64,000 nucleotides of DNA from Bacillota bacterium (GCA_023429785.1 JAEZDD010000003.1:199402-263401), one strand, 5' to 3'; counted from the first letter of the stretch, positions 47,181-58,030 are shown. Notes: generated from the sequence alone by a model not told the origin. Made by a program: numbers and translations.

Positions 47181-48590
47181 TTACATATCACTGTATAAAC
47201 CGATGTAAAGATTCGCTGAAGTTTTCCAGCTGAAATCCTCCCTCATAGCATGACTGACGAGCTTCCCCCATTTCATTCTCTCGTCATAACGAGCCCTCGC
47301 TCTTGTAACTGCATATAGCATATCGTGAGCATTATATGTCTTGAAGGTGAAGCCGTTCCCGCCTTTATCCCCGCAGTCAACGATACTGTCGCGGAGGCCG
47401 CCTGTTTCACGGACAATCGGAATTGTTCCGTATCTTAATGCAACCATTTGCGCCAGCCCGCAAGGCTCACTTTGTGACGGCATCAAAAACATATCAGAAC
47501 CGGCATAAATTCTTCTAGCCAAGTCAGGGAAAAAGCCAATGGTTACGCTCACCTTGTCAGGATATCTGTACTGCATTTCCTTAAAGAAATCTTCATATAT
47601 TTTTTCACCCGAACCAAGAATAGCTATCTTAAAACCTAATCTTATAATATCCTCAAAAACATATTTAATAAGGTCAATCCCCTTATGTGAAACAAAACGA
47701 GTGACAATGCCTATTATCGGCTCCTTCCCGGCTGAAAGCCCGAGTTCTTCCAGGAGCTTCTCCTTGCAGACATTCTTCCCGATTTTTTCCTCAACGGTAA
47801 AATTCGCCGGAAGGGCTGGGTCGGTTTCTGGATTATAGGAATTTGTATCAATCCCGTTTAAAAAACCACAAAGCTTGAACTGCTTATTTTTAAGCACTCT
47901 GTCAAGCCCGTGAGAAAACCACGGGTCAAGAATTTCCCACGCATAGCTCGGGCTGACTGTTGTAATCTTATCGGCTGCTTCTATGGCTGATTTCATGAAG
48001 TTGACACAGCCGTCATATTCAAGAAGGTTTGTATGATACAATGGAATTCCCATGATTTCATTAATCAGTTCTAAGCCGTATTTCCCCTGATACTGGATAT
48101 TATGTATAGTGAAAACAGTTTTAATCCCTTCATACCCCGCACGGTAACGATAAAAAATGTCGTAATATACAGGGACTAAAGCTGTCTGCCAGTCATTTGC
48201 GTTAATGACATTCGGCTTAAAGTCAATATTTTCAATCAGCTCAAGAATAGCCCTTGAAAAGAAAACAAATCTTTCTGCATCATCATAAAATCCATATAAG
48301 CCCTGACGGCCGAAATAATACTCGTTGTCAAGAAGATAGTATGTAACTCCGTTTGCCTCGGCTGTATAAACGCCGCAATACTGCTTCCTCCATGCAACGT
48401 CAACAGTGAAGTTCGTTAAAAAGGTCATTTCTTCTTTTAGCTCAGACTTAATGGAGCCGTACATTGGGATGACAACCCTGCAATCATGCCCCTCCTCATT
48501 GATTGCCGCCGGAAGAGAGCCGGCAACATCAGCTAAACCACCCGAAGCGATAAAAGGCGTCGCTTCACTTGCTGCATACAAAATATTCAT
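47181..48590 (-). CDS. glgA: Glycogen synthase (ADP-glucose type, GT5)
   Basis: 469 aa with MNILYAASEATPFIASGGLADVAGSLP and PSQSEPCGL motifs. Confidence 0.95.
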   Translation of the reverse strand: MNILYAASEATPFIASGGLADVAGSLPAAINEEGHDCRVVIPMYGSIKSELKEEMTFLTNFTVDVAWRKQYCGVYTAEANGVTYYLLDNEYYFGRQGLYGFYDDAERFVFFSRAILELIENIDFKPNVINANDWQTALVPVYYDIFYRYRAGYEGIKTVFTIHNIQYQGKYGLELINEIMGIPLYHTNLLEYDGCVNFMKSAIEAADKITTVSPSYAWEILDPWFSHGLDRVLKNKQFKLCGFLNGIDTNSYNPETDPALPANFTVEEKIGKNVCKEKLLEELGLSAGKEPIIGIVTRFVSHKGIDLIKYVFEDIIRLGFKIAILGSGEKIYEDFFKEMQYRYPDKVSVTIGFFPDLARRIYAGSDMFLMPSQSEPCGLAQMVALRYGTIPIVRETGGLRDSIVDCGDKGGNGFTFKTYNAHDMLYAVTRARARYDERMKWGKLVSHAMREDFSWKTSANLYIGLYSDM

Positions 48591-48614
48591 TCCATATCCT
48601 CCTTATTCTGCGGG

Positions 48615-49739
48615 CTATACGCTTGCACCCTTTCCAACAAACAATGGATATACATTTGAGCCGTTTAAAACTCTATAGCTCCCCACTGTTACGTTCTTAT
48701 CTGTAATTACATAATTAAGATTTGATTTGTTGCTGATAACGGAATCCTGCATAATTATCGAATTTTTCACGATTGCATTCTTCCCGACCTTAACGCCTCT
48801 GAAAATTATTGAATTCTCAACCTCACCTTCGATAATACAGCCATCAGCAACGAGTGAATTTTTGACTATTGCACTGATTCCATATTTGCATGGTGGGTTA
48901 TCCCTGATTTTCGTATAAATTGGCGCCTTTGATAAAAACAGCTGATTTCTGTTTTCTTGATTTAAAAGCGACATATTTGATGTGAAATAGCTCTTCATGC
49001 TATCAATTCTGGTGAAATAATCATTATACTGATAGGTGAAGATGTTAAGCTTTTTAACCATTGCCTGTATAACATCCCGCTCAAAGCTATATAAACTTCT
49101 GCATGCCGACTGCTGTGCCATTTCAATCAAAAAGTCCTTTTTAACCACAAACATATTCATACTCATATTGCAAAGCCCACTGATTTGAGGATTGATTAAA
49201 ACATCATAGACTTTATTGTCTTCATCTGTTGCAACAACCGTTGAAAAACGAGTCTGCTCCATTGAGTAAATACCTTTATTGCAAACCATTGTAATATCGG
49301 CATTATTATCTATGTGAGCCTTTAAAACAGGACGAAAATCCATATTGGTAACAATATCGCAATCGGACATAATAACATATTCAGTAGCCGAATGCTTTAT
49401 GAAATTAACAACTCCGGACAAAGCGTCAAGACGGCCTTTATACATTCCGCTCGAAACATTACCGAATGGAGGGAGAAGATGGATTCCGCCTTTTTTCCTT
49501 GCTAAATCCCATTCACGGCCCGAGCCAAGATGGTCAATAAGCGACTGGAAATTAGATTTCGTGATTATTCCGACCTCGGATATACCAGAGTTCACCATAT
49601 TCGATAAAGGAAAATCAATGAGTCTATAGCGTCCGCCATAGAGTATTGAGCCCATTGTTCTGTATTTCGTTAAATCCTCTATTGTCGTATCATGCATATT
49701 TGAAAAAATCAGTCCTAAAACATTACTCATATTTGGCAT
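48615..49739 (-). CDS. glgD: Glucose-1-phosphate adenylyltransferase, GlgD (regulatory) subunit
   Basis: 374 aa, a GlgC paralogue directly downstream of glgC, with a divergent N-terminal nucleotide-binding loop (GLIFSNMHD in place of LAGGQGSRL). Confidence 0.9.
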   Translation of the reverse strand: MPNMSNVLGLIFSNMHDTTIEDLTKYRTMGSILYGGRYRLIDFPLSNMVNSGISEVGIITKSNFQSLIDHLGSGREWDLARKKGGIHLLPPFGNVSSGMYKGRLDALSGVVNFIKHSATEYVIMSDCDIVTNMDFRPVLKAHIDNNADITMVCNKGIYSMEQTRFSTVVATDEDNKVYDVLINPQISGLCNMSMNMFVVKKDFLIEMAQQSACRSLYSFERDVIQAMVKKLNIFTYQYNDYFTRIDSMKSYFTSNMSLLNQENRNQLFLSKAPIYTKIRDNPPCKYGISAIVKNSLVADGCIIEGEVENSIIFRGVKVGKNAIVKNSIIMQDSVISNKSNLNYVITDKNVTVGSYRVLNGSNVYPLFVGKGASV

Positions 49740-49754
49740 TATACTTCTCCCCCT

Positions 49755-50957
49755 CTATATACTTTCTGATACAATCTGTTTTGGGAGCACCTTTGTATCT
49801 GAAGATATAGTAATGTCATGACCAACTACAGCAACGCCCCAGTCATTTTTATTGATAATATTCTCCGGTCTTGCGCCAATCACGCAGTTTTCACCGATAA
49901 CGCTATCCTCGCCGACTATTGCATACTCAATAACAGCACCGGCTTTAACATGCGAACCCGGCATAATTATGCTGTCACGAACGACTGCGCCGGTTTCAAT
50001 TGTTACTCCCTCAAAAATCATCGAAAAATCAACAGTTCCGTCGATATATGCCCCCTCGGTAATCATTGAATTCTGAATTTCAGCATTAATGCCGACACTA
50101 TGCGGCGGCTGAACAGGATTTCGTGAATATATCTTCCAGCTTGGGTCATATAGGTCAAGATTGACATTCGGATTTAAAAGGTCCATATTTGCTTCCCAAA
50201 GGCTGTCAATAGTCCCGACATCCTTCCAGTATCCCTCAAATGGATACGCGTAAATATTTTCATCATGCTCAAGTATTGAAGGGATAATGTTCTTCCCAAA
50301 ATCCTTTGTTGCTTCCTTATCCATTTCGTTTTGAATTAAATAGCTTTTAAGTATGTCAAAATTAAAAATATAAATTCCCATTGAGGCGAGTGTGCTTTTT
50401 GGCTGCTTTGGCTTTTCCTCAAATTCGAAAATCTTCCCCTCTGAATCAGCATTCATTATTCCGAATCTTGATGCTTCCTCCGTTGTAACATCAAGGACAG
50501 CTATTGTGCAGTCCGCTTTCTTTTCCTTATGAAAAGCGAGCATTTTTGAATAGTCCATTTTATATATATGGTCACCGGACAGAATAATAACATATTCCGG
50601 ATTGTATCTTTCTATAAAGCTGAGGTTTTGATATATCGCATTAGCTGTCCCCTCATACCACTGCGCACCGGATGCTGACTGATAGGGCGGAAGCATATGA
50701 ACCCCGCCATGAATCCTGTCCAAATCCCATGGCTGACCGTTCCCGATATAATCGTTTAAAGCCAGGGGCTGATACTGAGTCAAAACACCAACAGTGTCGA
50801 TATCCGAATTAATGCAGTTTGACAAAGGGAAATCAATGATTCTATACTTCCCGCCAAACGAAACCGCCGGCTTAGCAACTTTTTGGGTCAATGCATAAAG
50901 TCTGCTCCCCTGACCGCCGGCTAAAAGCATAGCGACACACTCTTTTTTATAAAACAT
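49755..50957 (-). CDS. glgC: Glucose-1-phosphate adenylyltransferase
   Basis: 400 aa with [37 protein letters not shown] and a C-terminal left-handed beta-helix. Confidence 0.95.
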   Translation of the reverse strand: MFYKKECVAMLLAGGQGSRLYALTQKVAKPAVSFGGKYRIIDFPLSNCINSDIDTVGVLTQYQPLALNDYIGNGQPWDLDRIHGGVHMLPPYQSASGAQWYEGTANAIYQNLSFIERYNPEYVIILSGDHIYKMDYSKMLAFHKEKKADCTIAVLDVTTEEASRFGIMNADSEGKIFEFEEKPKQPKSTLASMGIYIFNFDILKSYLIQNEMDKEATKDFGKNIIPSILEHDENIYAYPFEGYWKDVGTIDSLWEANMDLLNPNVNLDLYDPSWKIYSRNPVQPPHSVGINAEIQNSMITEGAYIDGTVDFSMIFEGVTIETGAVVRDSIIMPGSHVKAGAVIEYAIVGEDSVIGENCVIGARPENIINKNDWGVAVVGHDITISSDTKVLPKQIVSESI

Positions 50958-51029
50958 AAAGACACCACCTAATATAAAAAATAAAATAAAATAATCTGGT
51001 TTTAGCTTCCCGGCTATTTAAGGCTCTTT

Positions 51030-52952
51030 TTATTCTTCCGAAATTTTCTTTTTAGTCGGAGCTTTCCTTTTTTTAAAAAACATGACCGACAATGGAGGGA
51101 TTTTTAAGCTTATCGAATTTTCATATCCGTGCATAGGAATCGCCTCGGATTTAATACTTCGGTTTGAAACCTCTTCACCGCCGAATTTCGCTGAAGTCGA
51201 GTTAAATGCCTCGAGATACACGCCGTTTTCAGGGACACCAATTCTATATTCATCTCTCCCTACAGGGACGAAATTGCAAACGGCAATCAGCTCGTTCCCG
51301 CTGTCATCTAATCTTCTGAATGCGGTTATGCTTTGTTTGTAGTCATCGTGAGATATCCACTTAAAGCCGTCCCACGAATCGTCATTCTCCCACAGAGGGG
51401 GATTTTTTAAATAAAACGTATTAAGGCTCTTCACAAACTCATGAAAATTCTTGTGGTTCTCAAAATCATCAATCAAAAACCAGTCAAGCTGTTTCTCATA
51501 ATTCCATTCGCTAAACTGTGCGAATTCCTGACCCATAAACAACAGCTTTTTCCCAGGATGAGCCATCATATAGCACAGGAAGGCTTTTGCACAGGCAAAT
51601 TTCTGCTCAATGGTTCCAAACATTTTATTGACTAAAGAACCCTTCCCGTGAACCACCTCGTCATGCGAAATCGGGAGCATATAGTTCTCAGAAAAGCAAT
51701 AAAAGAAAGAGAAGGTCAGCTTGTCATGATTAAACGCACGATAAATAGGGTCAAGCGTGAGATAGTGAAGCATATCATTCATCCAGCCCATATTCCACTT
51801 GAAATTAAAGCCAAGCCCGCCAACATCAGTCGGCTTTGTTACAAGCGGCCAGGAGGTTGACTCCTCAGCAATAACTAATGTGTTCGGATTTCTCGAAAAA
51901 ATTGCCTGATTTAACTTCTTTAAAAAAGTGACGGCCTCAAGATTTTCACGCCCACCATTCTTATTCGGCGTCCATTCGCCATTTCTTCTGTCATAATCAA
52001 GATATAATATTGAAGCGACAGCATCGACTCTTATCCCATCTATATGATATTTTTCAAGCCAATACAGTGCATTTGAAATAAGAAAGGAGCATACCTCTGG
52101 CTTCCCATAATCAAATACTCGCGTGCCCCACGCTAAATGCTCACGCTTTTTTGGGTCAGTGTATTCAAAGCAGCAGCCACCGTCCCATTCATAAAGCCCA
52201 GCCTCATCCTTTGGGAAGTGTGCGGGAACCCAGTCAAGGATAACCCCTATCCCCGCCTTGTGGCACTTATTAATGAGCTTCATAAAATCACAGGGAGTCC
52301 CAAAACGTGAGGTTGGGGCAAAATATCCAATCCCCTGATAACCCCATGACCCATCATAAGGATATTCGGCAAGCGGCATCAACTCAATATGCGTATAGCC
52401 CATTGATTTAACATAAGGAACAATTTCGTCAGCGAATTTTTCATAGCTTAAAAAGCTCCCATCCTCATTCTGCTTCCATGAATTTAAATGAACCTCATAA
52501 ATATTAATCGGGCTTTTATATACATTTATCTCTTTCTTTTTATCCTGCCATTGCTGGTCTGTCCACTTAAAGCTTGAAATGTCATATATTTTTGTCCCGG
52601 TCGCGGGCTTTGTTTCCATATGGACTCCAAAAGGGTCAGCCTTCATCTTGACTTGACCGTTCATCCCTTCAACGCTATACTTATATGTGTCAAAGTCCTT
52701 TAAATCCTTGATGAAAGCCATCCAGACCTGGTCGCTTATTTTCTTCATAGGATTAGCATTTATGTCCCAGTTGTTAAAATCACCAACGACAGAAATTGAT
52801 TTCGCGTTCGGCGCCCATACCCGAAATTCATATCCCATGTTTTTCGTCGAATTTACATAATGTGCCCCAAAAAAATCCGCCGCATCATAATTCGTTCCTT
52901 GATGAAATAAATATATCGGGAGTTCATAATTTTTTGGTAGTTTCTGTTTCAT
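51030..52952 (-). CDS. glgB: 1,4-alpha-glucan branching enzyme (GH13)
   Basis: The likely start is MKQKLPKNYE at 52952 with an AGGAGG RBS; the track extends to 53012. Motifs include DWVPAHF, GIRVDAVASI, IAEEST and ISHDEVVHGK. Confidence 0.95.
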   Translation of the reverse strand: MKQKLPKNYELPIYLFHQGTNYDAADFFGAHYVNSTKNMGYEFRVWAPNAKSISVVGDFNNWDINANPMKKISDQVWMAFIKDLKDFDTYKYSVEGMNGQVKMKADPFGVHMETKPATGTKIYDISSFKWTDQQWQDKKKEINVYKSPINIYEVHLNSWKQNEDGSFLSYEKFADEIVPYVKSMGYTHIELMPLAEYPYDGSWGYQGIGYFAPTSRFGTPCDFMKLINKCHKAGIGVILDWVPAHFPKDEAGLYEWDGGCCFEYTDPKKREHLAWGTRVFDYGKPEVCSFLISNALYWLEKYHIDGIRVDAVASILYLDYDRRNGEWTPNKNGGRENLEAVTFLKKLNQAIFSRNPNTLVIAEESTSWPLVTKPTDVGGLGFNFKWNMGWMNDMLHYLTLDPIYRAFNHDKLTFSFFYCFSENYMLPISHDEVVHGKGSLVNKMFGTIEQKFACAKAFLCYMMAHPGKKLLFMGQEFAQFSEWNYEKQLDWFLIDDFENHKNFHEFVKSLNTFYLKNPPLWENDDSWDGFKWISHDDYKQSITAFRRLDDSGNELIAVCNFVPVGRDEYRIGVPENGVYLEAFNSTSAKFGGEEVSNRSIKSEAIPMHGYENSISLKIPPLSVMFFKKRKAPTKKKISEE

Positions 52953-53102
52953 AATTATTCCTCCTAATCTTCTATTTCTATTGTAACAATTCGTGTTAAA
53001 AATAGCAAGCATTTTGTTATATTTTCATGAAGATATATATAAGCTAACAGCATATTTTGTTTGTTATTACTAAATATTTAGGGCAATTTTTAAAAATTCA
53101 AA

Positions 53103-55394
53103 CTAATTGTTCAAACACATTTTCGAAACGATTATTGTGATATCGTCAGCATGATTTTCTATTGTGAACTGCTTGGCTGATTTTATCATTTTTTCAGCTA
53201 AATCATTCGCTGACATGCTTCTGTTTGAAATGACAACCTGCCTTAAAGTTTCAAGTGATTCTTCAACGACGCCGTCGGACGCATTAATGATAACGTCATT
53301 TGGTTTTAGCTTTAGGTTCATTTTAACCGGTTTAATATCCTGCAAAATCCCAATAGGGAGAGAGCTAGCCTCGATTTTTTTAAACTCATCTCCACGCACC
53401 AGATAGGTCGCCGAAGCGCCGGCTTTCACAATATCAAGCGTTCCATCGTATAGATTCACTATTGAAATATCAACGGTTGCGAAGCTTTCTTCCCATGCTT
53501 TAACCCTCATTGATGAATTTATCAGTCGTATTGCAGATGAATAGCCTATTCCTGCCCTTATCAGACGTGAAATTAAACTGGATGCAAGAAGCGAATCCAG
53601 CTGTGCTCGTCTTCCGCTCCCCATTCCATCAGAAAGAACAATATATGCCTCACCCTGATTATCCACGAAAAGCTCATAGGAATCGCCGGTTATCTCTGCC
53701 CTGCTTCCCGGCAGCTGTGAAGCGCCTATATCAATACTATATTGAGGCTTTTCCCACATTTCAATTCGTGTGAGCCCGTTGACAGTCGAATATCTTGGCA
53801 TTTCAAGCTCTCTTTCAACAATATTCGAAATATCAGAGCAAAGGTCAAGGTCATTGAATTTTAAAATTTTCGGGACATAAGCTTCAATAGTCAAGCTCCC
53901 ATAGCTGTTAATAAAAACGCATACCTTTGAATTAATTATTCCATGCTTAGAGAGATATGTAGTAACTTTTTTCGACAAATTCTGGTCTGACGTCGAATAA
54001 TTCGTCAGCTGAGTGCTTAATGAGGATAGCATTTCCTCCATTGCTGAAAACTGGTCCGACAGCATAACTCTCATTTCCTTGAGCTTTTGCCCTAATTTCG
54101 ATTGGTAGCTAATTTCACTATACAACGTATTGAATTCATACTCAAGTAAATTTTTCTTTACACAATGATTCAGCTCAGTCGGGAAGTCGGCGAAGGACAC
54201 CTTCCCTAACAAATTCAGCATTGTTTCAATTTTATAAAAGCAATCATTTGTCTCATTGAAATTATCCTCCCAACACAGAAGATTGTTCTTACACTTCCCG
54301 CATACGTTTTCGCATACCTTTGAAACCAAATCCTGTTCTGCCGATTTTTTCTCCATCGCCATCGAAACCTTATTAATTGACTCCTTCACATCATTTATTG
54401 TCTGAGCTGCGAAGTTTAGCCTTTCGCCGGCATTCTGAGCTATTACCTCACCTGAATATCTGGATACTCCGACGGATTGCAGAGCCTGTGACCATACCGA
54501 TGATGGGATAACGATGAAAATTACTGTCGCTATCGCCGAATCCAGAAGCATGGGGAAGGTGTCAAAGGATATCCCTATCGCAATCATGCCCACTATGTTC
54601 GCAGTAATAAATGAAATTATTACCGCCACTATTCCAAGCTCAGCGAAAAGCCCGGCAATAAGCCCGGCACAAGCAAGCAGCATTGTACTTCGTCCGAGAG
54701 TCGGAGAGCATAGAATAATGCCACAGGATGTCAGCACTCCACATACCGCCCCGCCTAAATGCTTATACTTTTTTATTGCTAAAAGCATGACAAGAACTCC
54801 CAGAATTCTCCCGAAATTGATGCTGGCAAAGTCTATTGACGTTAGTGTCGCAAGCGTCAAAACATAAATCACCCCGAGAGATGCCCCGGCTATACCTGAA
54901 ATCGGAATAGTCAGCTCCTTTCGATATGAATTAACTGCCAATAATATAAAATATGTTGTGCATCCGCATAATATTGCCTGAGATATGCGTAAAAATAGTG
55001 AAGTGTATGTAAAATTAAATAGAAATAACAGCCCGATTCCAAAGCCCAGCATCAGAATGCAGGAAATCAAAGCCGTTTTAATCGCTGAGATTTTTTTCTG
55101 ACCTATTTCAGTCACGACAAACCGTATCCCAAGGATAGAAAGCATTGCGCAGATTTGTGGAAGAGCTTCTATTGCTGTCCCATTAAAAAAATAAGCAATG
55201 AGGCTCGCCGCAAATGTTGCAATTCCGCCAGTGAAGCTCGCACAAGCAACTATCGCAACATTCAGAGGCGACAGCCCGCCGGTGATTGTTGTAACAGAAG
55301 TTATTATTCCGAGAGCGCCAAAAACTAAAAGAGTCGTTATCCCGCCTAATGATTTGTTCTCTTCCCTTACCTGATATGCCTGATTTTTTAACAT
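53103..55394 (-). CDS. spoIIE: Stage II sporulation protein E (membrane PP2C phosphatase)
   Basis: About 10 N-terminal TM helices, a central region, and a C-terminal PP2C domain (GDSYELF..LSDGMGSG...ASDGVVE). The track ORF extends to 55475; Met-28 (MLKNQAYQ) at 55394 is the likelier start. Confidence 0.9.
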   Translation of the reverse strand: MLKNQAYQVREENKSLGGITTLLVFGALGIITSVTTITGGLSPLNVAIVACASFTGGIATFAASLIAYFFNGTAIEALPQICAMLSILGIRFVVTEIGQKKISAIKTALISCILMLGFGIGLLFLFNFTYTSLFLRISQAILCGCTTYFILLAVNSYRKELTIPISGIAGASLGVIYVLTLATLTSIDFASINFGRILGVLVMLLAIKKYKHLGGAVCGVLTSCGIILCSPTLGRSTMLLACAGLIAGLFAELGIVAVIISFITANIVGMIAIGISFDTFPMLLDSAIATVIFIVIPSSVWSQALQSVGVSRYSGEVIAQNAGERLNFAAQTINDVKESINKVSMAMEKKSAEQDLVSKVCENVCGKCKNNLLCWEDNFNETNDCFYKIETMLNLLGKVSFADFPTELNHCVKKNLLEYEFNTLYSEISYQSKLGQKLKEMRVMLSDQFSAMEEMLSSLSTQLTNYSTSDQNLSKKVTTYLSKHGIINSKVCVFINSYGSLTIEAYVPKILKFNDLDLCSDISNIVERELEMPRYSTVNGLTRIEMWEKPQYSIDIGASQLPGSRAEITGDSYELFVDNQGEAYIVLSDGMGSGRRAQLDSLLASSLISRLIRAGIGYSSAIRLINSSMRVKAWEESFATVDISIVNLYDGTLDIVKAGASATYLVRGDEFKKIEASSLPIGILQDIKPVKMNLKLKPNDVIINASDGVVEESLETLRQVVISNRSMSANDLAEKMIKSAKQFTIENHADDITIIVSKMCLNN

Positions 55395-55506
55395 CTCAAT
55401 CACCACTAAATATAAATTTACCTTATAAAGGCTAATGCTATAATTATACAATTTGTATAACAAAAATAATGTCATAACTGTGTGGCGAATAATAGGATAT
55501 TTGCAA

Positions 55507-55541
55507 TAAAAAAACCTATTTAAAAGAATGTTTTAAATAGG
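55507..55541 (-). terminator. Intrinsic terminator after rsmA
   Basis: Minus strand CCTATTTAAAA-CATTC-TTTTAAATAGG followed by TTTTTTTATT. Confidence 0.8.
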
Positions 55542-55550
55542 CTGTGCTTA

Positions 55551-56411
55551 TTAAATTATTACCTTGAGGGCTTCAGAAAATTCTATAAAATTTTCCATTG
55601 AAAGCTGTTCAGGGCGGATATTTGAGCTTAGCCCCAGGCTTTCTAAAACCTCAAAAACCTTTTGCTTATCAATAGAAAGTGATGCCGACACAGAATTCGC
55701 CAGAGTTTTTCTCCTTTGTTCAAATGAACCTCTCACAACCTTGAAGAAAAATTTTTCGTCGGTCACACCCTCGGGGGTTTTCTTCTTAACATCAAACCTC
55801 ACAACGCAGGAGTCAACATTCGGCGCCGGCATAAAGCTCCCCTTTGAAACATTAAAAAGAATTTTAGGGTCGCTGAAATATCTCACAGCAACAGTCACAG
55901 CCCCCATTTCACGAGTCCCCATTTCAGCACAAAGCCTCAGACCCGCCTCCTTTTGAACCATAACAGTGACCGATGTGATAGGCAGTCTTTTTTCAAGCAG
56001 CATCATTATTATCGGCGAGGTAATGTAATATGGGAGGTTTGCACATACTGCAACCTCAAGCCCAGCGAATTCATCATCAATTAATTTCGCAATATCAATT
56101 TTCATTACATCAGCGTTAATTATCTTCACGTTATCATATTCCTTGAGGGTTTCGGCAAGAATGGGCAAAAGCCGTTCATCAATTTCAACAGCGACAACCT
56201 TGTCGGCATTTTTAGCCAGCTCATTTGTTAAAACGCCTATGCCTGTCCCTATTTCGATTACACCAAAGCCTTTTCCGGCATTCCCTTGTTCCGCTATTTT
56301 TGGACAAATACTCGGATTAATTAAAAAATTCTGCCCAAGTGTTTTTGAAAAAGAAAAGCCATGCTTTTCAAAAAGCTGTTTTATTACATTTATATTCGAT
56401 AAATTATCCAT
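55551..56411 (-). CDS. rsmA: 16S rRNA (adenine1518/1519-N6)-dimethyltransferase
   Basis: 286 aa with FSKTLGQNFL, EIGTGIG and NLPYYITSPI motifs. Confidence 0.95.
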   Translation of the reverse strand: MDNLSNINVIKQLFEKHGFSFSKTLGQNFLINPSICPKIAEQGNAGKGFGVIEIGTGIGVLTNELAKNADKVVAVEIDERLLPILAETLKEYDNVKIINADVMKIDIAKLIDDEFAGLEVAVCANLPYYITSPIIMMLLEKRLPITSVTVMVQKEAGLRLCAEMGTREMGAVTVAVRYFSDPKILFNVSKGSFMPAPNVDSCVVRFDVKKKTPEGVTDEKFFFKVVRGSFEQRRKTLANSVSASLSIDKQKVFEVLESLGLSSNIRPEQLSMENFIEFSEALKVII

Positions 56412-56547
56412 TAATACCTCAAAATTTCTATGATTATTTTTATATTATTTTAACATTAATATAAAATAATGTAAAGGCTTGCAAATTGGTAGAGAATTTA
56501 TTATAATCTATTATAACCAATTAATTATAATTCTGGGAGGTACATAA

Positions 56548-57036
56548 ATGAATAGACGTGACAAAATCAATTATTATCTTGATATTGCTGAAACTGTTCT
56601 GGAGCGTGGGACTTGCCTTAGAAGGAACTTCGGCGCAATTATTGTTAATAATGATGAGATTGTTTCAACCGGGTATGTTGGGGCGCCAAGAGGACGAGCA
56701 AATTGCGTTGACCTAGGTTATTGCACACGCGAAAAGCTGAACGTCCCTAGAGGGCAAAGATACGAGCTGTGCCGTTCTGTTCACGCTGAGGCGAATGCAA
56801 TTATTTCTGCTTCACGCAAGGATATGCTAGGCTCGACAATCTACCTCGCTTGTCATGATGCAAAAACTGGCGAGCTGTTCGGCGACGTTGAGCCATGCTC
56901 AATGTGCAAGAGATTAATTATAAATGCTGGAATTCAGACTGTTATCGTCAGGATGACAAAGGATAAATATAAGACTATCAACGTTGACAGCTGGGTTGAA
57001 AATGATGAATCAATTAACGGCACCGAAGGGTATTAA
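56548..57036 (+). CDS. Deoxycytidylate (dCMP) deaminase family protein
   Basis: 162 aa with HAEANAI and PCSMCKRLIINAG zinc motifs, ComEB/dCMP-deaminase-like. Promoter TTGCAA-17-TATAAT upstream. Confidence 0.85.
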   Translation: MNRRDKINYYLDIAETVLERGTCLRRNFGAIIVNNDEIVSTGYVGAPRGRANCVDLGYCTREKLNVPRGQRYELCRSVHAEANAIISASRKDMLGSTIYLACHDAKTGELFGDVEPCSMCKRLIINAGIQTVIVRMTKDKYKTINVDSWVENDESINGTEGY

Positions 57037-57050
57037 ATAATATTAAGATG

Positions 57051-57080
57051 GCACACCAAAAAACGGTGTGTTATTTTTTT
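57051..57080 (+). terminator. Intrinsic terminator after the dCMP deaminase gene
   Basis: GCACACC-7 nt-GGTGTGT followed by TATTTTTTT. Confidence 0.7.
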
Positions 57081-57268
57081 ATCACATAGCTAATGTATTG
57101 ACAAATGGTTTATATAATGCTAATATGAGGTCAGCTAATAAATATGGTATAAAAATACTCATATTCTCCAAAACGGCACCATATATTGTGGTATAATCAT
57201 TTTAATTTTTTATTATTTTTTCCGCCCCCCAAAAGCTCGCTGTATCAAAATAAACAAGGAGGTTTATT

Positions 57269-57997
57269 ATGAGTGAAGCAATTGCTAAGGTTCATTCTTA
57301 CGAGACTTTCGGCGCTGTTGACGGGCCGGGCATTCGCTTTATAGTTTTCCTTCAGGGGTGTTGCTTGCGGTGCTTGTTTTGTCATAATCCTGATACATGG
57401 GAATGCGGAGTCGGGAAGGAAATCACCGCCTCAAGGCTCATTAAAAAAATTATTGATTATAAGAATTATATCGCCCGAGGCGGGGTCACTATTTCCGGCG
57501 GTGAGCCTTTGCTTCAAGCTCAGTTCTGTGAGGAGCTTATTGATGAATGCCATAAGGAAAATATCAGTGTCGCTATCGACACATCGGGGTCAGTCCCTTT
57601 AGAAAAGTCGAGAAAAGCGATACTCAAGGCGGATTATATTCTTCTTGATCTGAAGGATATAGACAGCGAGGATTGCAAAATTCTGACCGGAATGGGGAAT
57701 GAAAATGCAATCGCGACCTTGAGATTCTGTGAAGAGAACAACAAGACAGTATGGATTCGCCATGTTTTACTCCCTCAATATACATTAAATTATGATAAAC
57801 TGCGTCGGCTCGGCGAGTTTTTAAGTGCGTTTAGTTGTATACAAAATCTTGAAATCCTCCCTTATCACACTATGGGGCTTTTTAAGTGGGAAAATCTCGG
57901 GATAGAATCTAAAATCAAAAGCATTAATCCTCCCTCCTTTGAGGAGATAAAAATGGCGGAAAAAATACTTGCCGATTGCGGTCTGAAAATAGTTTAG
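57269..57997 (+). CDS. pflA: Glycyl-radical enzyme activating protein (pyruvate formate-lyase activase type)
   Basis: 242 aa. SYETFGAVDGPGIRFIVFLQGCCLRCLFCHNPDTW carries the CxxxCxxC radical SAM cluster and the typical PflA N-terminus. Confidence 0.88.
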   Translation: MSEAIAKVHSYETFGAVDGPGIRFIVFLQGCCLRCLFCHNPDTWECGVGKEITASRLIKKIIDYKNYIARGGVTISGGEPLLQAQFCEELIDECHKENISVAIDTSGSVPLEKSRKAILKADYILLDLKDIDSEDCKILTGMGNENAIATLRFCEENNKTVWIRHVLLPQYTLNYDKLRRLGEFLSAFSCIQNLEILPYHTMGLFKWENLGIESKIKSINPPSFEEIKMAEKILADCGLKIV

Positions 57998-58030
57998 CCT
58001 TCTTGCACTAATCCGCAGGGAGGTTTTTTG
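57998..58030 (+). terminator. Putative terminator after pflA
   Basis: CCTTCTTGC-8 nt-GCAGGGAGG (two G-U pairs) followed by TTTTTTG. Confidence 0.6.

Noticed and set aside
55370-55400. My hand count suggested an extra C near 55379-55381, which would put the MLKNQ... start of spoIIE out of frame with the rest of the gene.
   Set aside because: The supplied ORF track translates straight through this point (…EMLKNQAYQVREEN…). I attribute the discrepancy to my own base-counting error, not to a real frameshift.
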